This document shows, piece after piece, positions 28,019 through 34,818 of a stretch of DNA of 34,818 bases (positions are counted from its first letter, which is position 1; the number at the start of each line of letters is the position of its first letter). The notes under the pieces were generated by a model, which was not told the origin of the DNA, did not search any database, and saw nothing but the letters and a program-made list of their open reading frames with translations. Source of the stretch: Candidatus Allobutyricicoccus pentlandensis (lineage in GTDB: Bacteria; Bacillota; Clostridia; Oscillospirales; QAMX01); NCBI GenBank assembly GCA_904398645.1, contig CAJFPH010000088.1, positions 1-34,818 of the forward strand, given 5' to 3'. The translations under genes were made by a program, and so were the position numbers.

Positions 28019-28034
28019 ACTTGAAATACAGTTT

Positions 28035-31000
28035 TTATTCTTCTTTCTTTTCAGAATTATTGCTTGTCTCTGCCGCCGGCACAGGAAGGCCGTTTCCGTC
28101 TCCATTGTCCGGAACCGGTTCAGCGGCCGCACCGGCATTTTCGTGAGTAGATACATCCTCCGTTGCGCCGGGCTTTTCCCGTTCAGGTTGCGCCTCAGCA
28201 GTCTGTTTTTCCGCCGCTTCAGGCGTTTGCGGAGCAGATTCCGTCTTACTCTCCGCAGTACTGCCCGCTGCGGGAGTAAAAGGAAGCCCGCCTTCTAAAA
28301 CTTCTCGCGGCAAGTTGGCTATAATGTCCTCATATGGATGCAGTTCCTCGGGCAATTCAGAGAGCACATCCGTCGATTTGGGAGCCTCTCTCGTTTCAAT
28401 ATTTACGCCTGGCAAGCGGGTTGTCTCCGCAAGTGCTTCAGCCGGCATCCCGGTCTTCTCCCCGTCATCTGATGCATCAGAGGCCTGTTCCTCGCCAGCT
28501 TCCAGTGCAGGGACAGACACATCCGCAGGCTCCTCAGCCTTTTCCGTACGTTCGGCCGATCGCGCGGCTTTTTTTGCAGCGCGTTTCTCACGCCGTGAGG
28601 GTTCCACATCCTCCTGGGTCGGATCGTCTCCCTCAAATTTTTCAAAGAGCCGCTCTGTGAAGCTTCCTCCGGACGGGGATTTCTCCTCAATGCGCTTTTC
28701 GCGGATACTACGTGCAAGGATGGGACGTAGCAGGCCTTTGTATAACTCACTCCACAGCAGAGAAAGCGCGGCCGCGCCGATTGCCATAAGCCACTCAACA
28801 AAACCCACGGCCGTCGTAGCAAAAACGTTATGGAAGACAGGAACATAAACTGCGGCAACCAGCACTGCCGCAACGCCCAGGGTGACGGCAACAAGCGCGC
28901 GGTTTGAAAATACGCCGAGCCGGATTAAACTTGTGCGTTCAGAACGGCAGGAGTGCGCAAGCGCGAGCAGTGAAAGTGTCATTGTAATAAAGGAAGCCGT
29001 CTTCGCATACGTTTCCAGCTCTGCCTCGGAAAGCCCGGCCGCAGTCGCGCGACTATGCGCAATAAAGTAAGAGGCGACAATCAGAATGGTAGGGAAAAAC
29101 GCCTGAATAAAGGACGACACAATCGTAAGACGGCCATAAGCGGGCGCCGCAGCGGCATGTGGCGGACGGCGCATGATATCCCGCTCCCCCGGTTCACTCG
29201 CAATGACGAACGCCGGAATTAACGCCATAAAAACATTTAACCAGGCCAGGTGCAAAATGGAAAACTGAACCGGCGGCGTTGAAACCAGCAGAGCAAAGAC
29301 GGAAAGCATCTGCGCCATCAAGCAGAGAAAAGCAAACCCGCAATAGGAACGCAACGCCGTAAAACCACGGCGGCTTTCTTCTACCGCATGGACAATATCC
29401 GCGTATCCTGCATCCTCCAGCACCATATCCGCGCTGTCTCGCGTAAGCTCGGGCGCATTGGCCCCCACGGACACGCCTATATCTGCGGCCATAAGCGCCG
29501 GCGCATCGGACGCGCGCGTGCCTGTGACGGCGACAGTGCCGCCAGCGTGTTTCAGTGCGGTGACGATTGCACGTTTTTCAAGCGGTGAAATGTTCGCGCA
29601 GACACGCGCTTTCCGCATTTTTTCGCAGAGTTCGTCAAGAGGCATCGCGTCAATTGCGCCGCCTTCAAAAATTTCTCCGGACATGCCCATGGAAAGGGCC
29701 AGATCGGAAGCGGTCGCCGGGTCATCTCCTGTTACAATTACGGTGCGGATACCGGCGGCAGCACACAGGTTAAAAGCAGAGACAGACTCTGGCGTCGCAC
29801 GGTTTTCAACGCCGCAAAGCCCGGCAAAGACCAAATCGCGCTCGATCTCGTCCACGTCAAAGCGGGCCGGCATTTCGGGGAACTCACGGTAAGCGACGGC
29901 AATCATACGTAGTCCCTGCTCAGCCAGACGGTGGGAAACCTCAAGAAGTTGTTTTCTGGTACGGTCGGTCAGCGTATAAGCCGCTCCATCCAAATGAATA
30001 GCGGTGGAGCGTGCAATGATAAGTTCCGGCGCACCCTTTGTATAGGCAACCGCCTGCCGGCCACGTTTATGGATGGTCGTCATACGGCGGCGTTCCGGTT
30101 CAAAGGGAAATTCCGCTACACGCGGGAACATTCCAAGAACATCCGAGCGAATCAGTCCGGCCTTGGCGGCCAGTGTCACCAACGCAGCCTCCGTCGGATC
30201 TCCGCGATAGGTCCAACGCCCGGAAAGTTCTTCGATATCCGAGTCTCCGCACAGTGCACCGCCGATCAATGTAAGCGCCAAGCTGCGGTTTCGGCTGACA
30301 TCGATTTCATGCCCGTCGGCATCCAAAAAACGCCCATCCGGCGCATAGCCGCGGCCCCGCACGTCAATGAGGTGTCCACCCGTCCAGACTGCGGTAACCG
30401 TCATCTCATCAGAGCTGATCACACCCGTTTTTTGCGCAAGGATGGTGTCGACAGACGAGAGCCTGTCCATGGCGTCAAGAGATTTTACAACGGTACCCTG
30501 CATGGCCAGGCGGCGGATCGCGGCGGCGGCAAGCGCAGCCTCCGTAATACAGAAGCTGGAGGGAATTGCGGAGACCGCAAGCGTAGTGGCAAGCAGGATG
30601 GTTCCCGTTAAATTTTCAATGCTCATCGCCTGTACCAGCAGGCTGCAAAGCAAAACAATAACGCTGCAAATGATTCCAACAACGGCAGCCCTCTTGTTTT
30701 GCCGGGCAATTGTCCGGTTTAACATGCTGCGGCGTTCGTGTTCGTAGGGAGACCGGACGGCAAACGGCGCCGCAATATCGCCTCCGGTTGCAACGACAAC
30801 CGCACGACCACTGCCGGAACGCACGACCGTACCCGTATAGCACATGTTGAGATGTGTGGAAAGATCCGTCCCCTCTCCGGCAACCGCAGCGGCATCTTTC
30901 GGCGCACCCATGAATCCGCCGGGCAGGATGCTCTCGTCCATAACCAGGTTAATGCTCTCTACAAGGCGCATATCGGCGCCTATAATATCGCCTGCGCGCA

Positions 31001-31415
31001 GTTGTACCAAATCACCGGGAACCAGCAGCGAAGTCTCAATAATTTCAGGGATTCCATCTCGCACCACAGTCGTCATTGGTGCGGTTACCGCCGCAATCGA
31101 CGTCAGGACACGGCGAATTTTGGCCAAAGAATAACTCTTGAGTCCTGCCGTAACCAACGCGCTGCCAAACAACACGGCGGCAGATATATAGTCTCTTGTC
31201 AGCAGGCACAACACGGCGGCAGCGGTCAAAACAGCGGCAGATACCATCATGCCGCTGATACTTCCGGCCGCCACCTGCCTGTCGGGCTTTTTGACGGTTT
31301 CATTTACACCATAGCGTTTGCGGCGGTTGGCGGCTTCCCGTGCGGAAATGCCGGCGGCCGCGTTTGTATCAAGCTCGCGTATAGTTTCTTCCACGCTTTT
31401 TTCATACCATGCCAT
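28035..31415 (-). CDS. P2A-type (Ca2+-ATPase-like) P-type ATPase homologue with degenerate catalytic motifs and a long acidic C-terminal tail
   Basis: RBS GGAGG; 'LVPGDLVQL..GD...AD.RL', 'GDPTEAAL', 'FPFEPERRRMT', 'KGAPE', 'GLRMIAVA', 'VTGD', 'DAPAL..ADIGVSVG', 'EPGERDIMRRPP'. Catalytic motifs are altered (see findings). Confidence 0.9.
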   Translation of the reverse strand: MAWYEKSVEETIRELDTNAAAGISAREAANRRKRYGVNETVKKPDRQVAAGSISGMMVSAAVLTAAAVLCLLTRDYISAAVLFGSALVTAGLKSYSLAKIRRVLTSIAAVTAPMTTVVRDGIPEIIETSLLVPGDLVQLRAGDIIGADMRLVESINLVMDESILPGGFMGAPKDAAAVAGEGTDLSTHLNMCYTGTVVRSGSGRAVVVATGGDIAAPFAVRSPYEHERRSMLNRTIARQNKRAAVVGIICSVIVLLCSLLVQAMSIENLTGTILLATTLAVSAIPSSFCITEAALAAAAIRRLAMQGTVVKSLDAMDRLSSVDTILAQKTGVISSDEMTVTAVWTGGHLIDVRGRGYAPDGRFLDADGHEIDVSRNRSLALTLIGGALCGDSDIEELSGRWTYRGDPTEAALVTLAAKAGLIRSDVLGMFPRVAEFPFEPERRRMTTIHKRGRQAVAYTKGAPELIIARSTAIHLDGAAYTLTDRTRKQLLEVSHRLAEQGLRMIAVAYREFPEMPARFDVDEIERDLVFAGLCGVENRATPESVSAFNLCAAAGIRTVIVTGDDPATASDLALSMGMSGEIFEGGAIDAMPLDELCEKMRKARVCANISPLEKRAIVTALKHAGGTVAVTGTRASDAPALMAADIGVSVGANAPELTRDSADMVLEDAGYADIVHAVEESRRGFTALRSYCGFAFLCLMAQMLSVFALLVSTPPVQFSILHLAWLNVFMALIPAFVIASEPGERDIMRRPPHAAAAPAYGRLTIVSSFIQAFFPTILIVASYFIAHSRATAAGLSEAELETYAKTASFITMTLSLLALAHSCRSERTSLIRLGVFSNRALVAVTLGVAAVLVAAVYVPVFHNVFATTAVGFVEWLMAIGAAALSLLWSELYKGLLRPILARSIREKRIEEKSPSGGSFTERLFEKFEGDDPTQEDVEPSRREKRAAKKAARSAERTEKAEEPADVSVPALEAGEEQASDASDDGEKTGMPAEALAETTRLPGVNIETREAPKSTDVLSELPEELHPYEDIIANLPREVLEGGLPFTPAAGSTAESKTESAPQTPEAAEKQTAEAQPEREKPGATEDVSTHENAGAAAEPVPDNGDGNGLPVPAAETSNNSEKKEE

Positions 31416-31561
31416 GAAAACGATCCTCCATTCAAGCGTATCACATGAAGATCCGATATAGTCAGGCCGCGAACATACGGCACTTTATCAAAAGTTCACA
31501 TAAGCTGCGAAAAAAGGCCCGGATAAGGACGCCCTTCTCCGTACAGAACATACTACTTTTT

Positions 31562-31590
31562 ATGATACCATACTCTTTTTTCGTTTTCAA
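31562..31590 (-). promoter_or_regulatory. Sigma-A promoter of the P-type ATPase-like gene
   Basis: Minus strand TTGAAA-N17-TATCAT with extended TG. Confidence 0.65.
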
Positions 31591-31612
31591 ACTATTTTCC
31601 GGAATAAATTTG

Positions 31613-31621
31613 TGATATAAT
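31613..31621 (+). promoter_or_regulatory. Extended -10 promoter of the G1PDH-methyltransferase pair
   Basis: TGATATAAT about 45 nt before the start. Confidence 0.55.
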
Positions 31622-31665
31622 GAATTTCGAGAAATTTATAACTTCCAGCCAAAGGAGATCGCTTT

Positions 31666-32844
31666 ATGACGCACGATATTTTGCACCGTCCGCTTTCTGA
31701 GCTGACGAATATTTCCTTTTCCTGTGCCTGCGGACACGAGCACCGCATTCAAATAGGCACGCTTGCCGTCGGCCCCGGCGCATCGTCACAAGTTGCCGGC
31801 GCGGCCCGGGCCTATGCCGCGCGGCGTATTCTGCTTGTTGCAGATGTGCATACATTCGAAGTACTTGGCAAGTCCGTTCTGGAGCAGCTGAAGGGCGCCG
31901 GACTGGATACCGACGCCTATGTTTTTCCCGACCAGCACTTACATCCGGATGCGTTTGCCGTCGGGCGGCTGTTTCTTGAGGCCTCGGACGAAAAAGCGGA
32001 CTACGGGTTGTTGATCGCAGTCGGGTCCGGCGTACTGAATGATATCACGCGGCTTGTCAGCGGACGCCTTCGTCTGCCGTACTTTATTGTCTGCACCGCA
32101 CCGTCTATGGACGGTTATGCAGGCAGTTCCTCTCCCATTGTCTGCCGCGGCACAAAGCTGAGTTTTTATACGCATTACGCCGACGCCATCTTCGCCGATA
32201 CGGATATCATGAGCCGTGCGCCGCGCGAGATGATAGCCGCCGGCTTTGGCGACGTGTTGGGCAAATATACGGCATTGGCAGACTGGGAGCTCGGTCAACG
32301 GGAACGCGGCGAATATCGCTGCGCACTGATTTCTGATTTTATGCGCGGTGCGCTTGAGGCCTGCGCCGCCTCTGCCGATGGCGTGGCGGCTCGCGATCCG
32401 GCCGCCGTCGGCAGACTGACGGAAGCGCTGATTCTTTCCGGTATGGCGATGGGATTGGCGGGCGTTACGCGCCCGGCCTCTGGCTGTGAACATCATATTG
32501 CGCACTACTGTGACATTGACGCAGTGGCAAACGGGCGGGATTATCCGCTTCACGGCGCGTCCGTCGGCGTAGCGGAGCTTGCCATGCTGCGATTTTACGA
32601 ATTTGCACGCCGCGACGGCTTGACAGATCTGGAAACGCCGCCGGCAGACACCGTGCGGGAACTGCTGCGAAAAGTTGGCGCGCCCGTACGCCCTTCTGAA
32701 ATCGGGATTTCCACTGAACTTTTTTCACGGGCAATCCGTGAGGCCATGCATTTACGTCCACAATACTCCATGTTAAAGCATGCGGCGGCTGCGGGAAAGC
32801 TGGACGAATACGCCGACTCCGTCGTTGAGGAACTGTGCAATTGA
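31666..32844 (+). CDS. sn-glycerol-1-phosphate dehydrogenase (AraM/EgsA-like)
   Basis: RBS AAGGAG; 'CACGHEH', 'AVGSGVLNDITR', 'TAPSMDGY', 'AAGFGDVLGK..ALADW', 'RPASGCEHHIAH', 'HGASVG'. Confidence 0.9.
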   Translation: MTHDILHRPLSELTNISFSCACGHEHRIQIGTLAVGPGASSQVAGAARAYAARRILLVADVHTFEVLGKSVLEQLKGAGLDTDAYVFPDQHLHPDAFAVGRLFLEASDEKADYGLLIAVGSGVLNDITRLVSGRLRLPYFIVCTAPSMDGYAGSSSPIVCRGTKLSFYTHYADAIFADTDIMSRAPREMIAAGFGDVLGKYTALADWELGQRERGEYRCALISDFMRGALEACAASADGVAARDPAAVGRLTEALILSGMAMGLAGVTRPASGCEHHIAHYCDIDAVANGRDYPLHGASVGVAELAMLRFYEFARRDGLTDLETPPADTVRELLRKVGAPVRPSEIGISTELFSRAIREAMHLRPQYSMLKHAAAAGKLDEYADSVVEELCN

Positions 32845-33962
32845 AAACGTATGACTTTTGTGCGCCGTGCCTGATCGGCGTTGAGAGTATTGCAGCCGGT
32901 GAGTTTCGCCGCCTGGGGTTTGAAAATGTGCGCTGCGAAGACGGCCGCGTGTACTTTACGGGTGGAGAGGAAACGCTTGCCCGTGCAAACATCTATTCAC
33001 GCTACTGTGAGAGGATTTTAATTTGCCTGGCTTCCTTCCCGGCAGACAGCTTTGACAAGCTATTTGACGGCGTGCAGCGCATTCCCTGGGAGGAGTATAT
33101 TGCACCGGGCATGGCGTTTCCGGTCAAGGGTTACAGCCTGCGTGCCAAGCTGACCAGCGTTCCCGCCTGTCAGCGCATCGTCAAAAAGGCCGTAGCACAA
33201 CGTTTGGCGTCAAAACGTCACGAAACATGGCTCGACGAATCCGGGCCGGCGGTTCAGATTCAGTTTTCCATTGTCCGCGACCGTGCGGATATCTTTATTG
33301 ACACCACCGGTGCGCCACTTTATAAACGAGGCTGGCGTACGGAAGGCGGCGTCGCCCCCATCCGCGAAACGCTGGCGGCGGCAATGGTGGACCTCTCCCA
33401 TTTTCATGGCAACATGCACTTTCTGGATCCCCTGTGCGGCAGCGGTACCATTGCCATCGAAGCGGCCTTAAAAGCGCGCCGGCGTGCGCCCGGCATCAAC
33501 CGTCGGTTTGATGCGCAGTTATTCCCCTTTATCAGCCGCGCCGCGTGGGAACACGTACGCGAGGAAGCGCGGTCCAGGGAAATGCCGTCACCCGCAGTGA
33601 TAGAAGCGCGGGATATCGATCCTGTCTGTATCCGCCGTGCCGAAGCAAACGCCCGGCGCGCGGGCGTTGCCGATATGATTCGTTTTTCCGTGGGAGATAT
33701 AACGGCGTCTGACCTGTCCGCTTTTCGCGGCGTGATCGTAACAAATCCGCCGTACGGCGAACGGCTGGGCAACGCCGAGGCCGCACATATGCTCTACCGC
33801 GGCATGAGCCGCGCACTGGGCACGCTTGATGGCAAACGTGTGTGCGTGATCACGCCGGACCAAGAATTTGAGAAATTTTTTGGTCACCGTGCAAATCGGA
33901 AGCGCTGGCTTTATAATGGTATGATTAAGTGTAGCCTTTACCTGTATTTCCCCGCAAAATAA
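32841..33962 (+). CDS. THUMP-domain class I SAM-dependent RNA methyltransferase (RlmL/YpsC-like)
   Basis: Likely TTG start overlapping the upstream TGA; 'DTTGAPLYKRGWR', 'APIRETLAAAM', 'DPLCGSGTIAIEAA', 'TNPPYGERL', 'LYNGMIKC'. Confidence 0.9.
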   Translation: MKTYDFCAPCLIGVESIAAGEFRRLGFENVRCEDGRVYFTGGEETLARANIYSRYCERILICLASFPADSFDKLFDGVQRIPWEEYIAPGMAFPVKGYSLRAKLTSVPACQRIVKKAVAQRLASKRHETWLDESGPAVQIQFSIVRDRADIFIDTTGAPLYKRGWRTEGGVAPIRETLAAAMVDLSHFHGNMHFLDPLCGSGTIAIEAALKARRRAPGINRRFDAQLFPFISRAAWEHVREEARSREMPSPAVIEARDIDPVCIRRAEANARRAGVADMIRFSVGDITASDLSAFRGVIVTNPPYGERLGNAEAAHMLYRGMSRALGTLDGKRVCVITPDQEFEKFFGHRANRKRWLYNGMIKCSLYLYFPAK

Positions 33963-33970
33963 CACCTTTT

Positions 33971-34024
33971 ACCAGAGCACAACGGACAGAACTATACATT
34001 TCCGCCCGTTGTGCTCTGGTTTTT
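33971..34024 (+). terminator. Intrinsic terminator
   Basis: ACCAGAGCACAACGG...CCGTTGTGCTCTGGT followed by TTTT. Confidence 0.8.
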
Positions 34025-34199
34025 AACACAGTTCTTCGTCACCTGCATTCGCGGCTATAACTAGACACATTGTAGAAAACCGCTTTTCTCAAATGACAGA
34101 TAAAATTTCCCTGTTCCGTTCTTTTGTAGATTGTCAAAATGAGGTCATTCGAAAATACACACAATAAAATTCGATAAATTTATTGCAGATATATTCAAT

Positions 34200-34228
34200 T
34201 TGACAAACACCCTGATAGAAGTTAAACT
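34200..34228 (+). promoter_or_regulatory. Sigma-A promoter of the aldo/keto reductase gene
   Basis: TTGACA-N17-TAAACT. Confidence 0.7.
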
Positions 34229-34331
34229 ATAAACAGAACGATTTATCGTATGTGTATGGAATCGCAATTTTTGAACGGCTTTTTATTGCAAAGGCAATGA
34301 AATAGACAATTGTAGAAAGAGGGGCAACAGT

Positions 34332-34818
34332 ATGCAGTACAGAGAGTTAGGCAAATCCGGTCTCATGGTTACACCGATGACCCTCGGCAGCTGGGAGGCA
34401 GGCGGAGGTTCTGAGTGGGGACGCAAAAAGGAGGACGAAGTGTATCTTGATATGATACGCTGCGCGTTCGAAAACGGCATTAATTTTGTCGATTCTGCCG
34501 CATTTTATGGACATGGGCATTCTGAAGAACTGATTGGACGGGCGCTCAAGGATTTTGACCGGGAAAAGATCATCATCTCGTCGAAGCAGACCGCCGGCGG
34601 CCTTCGCAAGGATAATGCCCGCAGTACTGTAGAAGCGTGCTTAAAGCGTCTTGACACTGACTATGTGGACGTGTTCCTGGTTCATTGGCCAAATCCCGAA
34701 GTGGAAATCGGCGAAAATATGGAGGCGCTGAATAAGTTAAAAGACGAGGGGCTGATTCGGGCTATCGGCGTTTCCAATTATACTCTCGCTCATCTAAAAC
34801 GCGCGCTCCAATATGCAC
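34332..34818 (+). CDS. Aldo/keto reductase (runs off the window)
   Basis: Not in the ORF track; translated by hand from ATG 34332 (RBS AGAGGGG): MQYRELGKSGLMVTPMTLGSW...NFVDSAAFYGHGHSEELIG...SSK...LKRLDTDYVDVFLVHWP...LKDEGLIRAIGVSNY, with the D-Y-K-H tetrad. Confidence 0.92.
   Translation, partial: MQYRELGKSGLMVTPMTLGSWEAGGGSEWGRKKEDEVYLDMIRCAFENGINFVDSAAFYGHGHSEELIGRALKDFDREKIIISSKQTAGGLRKDNARSTVEACLKRLDTDYVDVFLVHWPNPEVEIGENMEALNKLKDEGLIRAIGVSNYTLAHLKRALQYA

Noticed and set aside
28035-31415. Calling the ATPase a pseudogene or sequencing error
   Set aside because: No frameshift or stop; several independent multi-nucleotide changes hit catalytic motifs specifically, and expression signals are intact.
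31416-31560. yybP-ykoY (Mn2+) riboswitch, common before P2A ATPases
   Set aside because: The characteristic GGGGAGUA...GAGACC elements are not present.

Overview
Chromosomal, mostly housekeeping segment of a spore-forming Clostridia-class bacterium. The lineage is inferred from spoVFAB, sigma-K/sigma-A promoters and gene content. I see no phage, IS element, CRISPR array, tRNA or rRNA. Left to right: an unusual ABC locus (821-aa binding lipoprotein, two sugar-type permeases, and a HlyD-like adaptor running off the window edge); a nucleotidyltransferase fused to a degenerate phosphomutase; rnj with a structured leader; spoVFBA; an XRE-HTH/GSGD-repeat fusion with a triple operator; a GerMN lipoprotein, sensor kinase and response regulator divergent from a DD-carboxypeptidase; secG; htpG, rsmI, mutS and miaB; a MerR-GyrI regulator with a classic 19-bp-spacer promoter and a possible internal start; an SDR; a small lipoprotein; a full-length P-type ATPase homologue; G1PDH; a THUMP RNA methyltransferase; and a partial aldo/keto reductase. 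The most striking observation is the 1126-aa P-type ATPase. It has lost its phosphorylation (DKTGT to QKTGV), dephosphorylation (TGES to PGGF), GDGxND and ion-binding motifs, yet keeps an intact ORF, a promoter and its ATP-binding motifs, so it is a candidate pseudo-pump. All product calls come from motif recognition only; no database searches were run.
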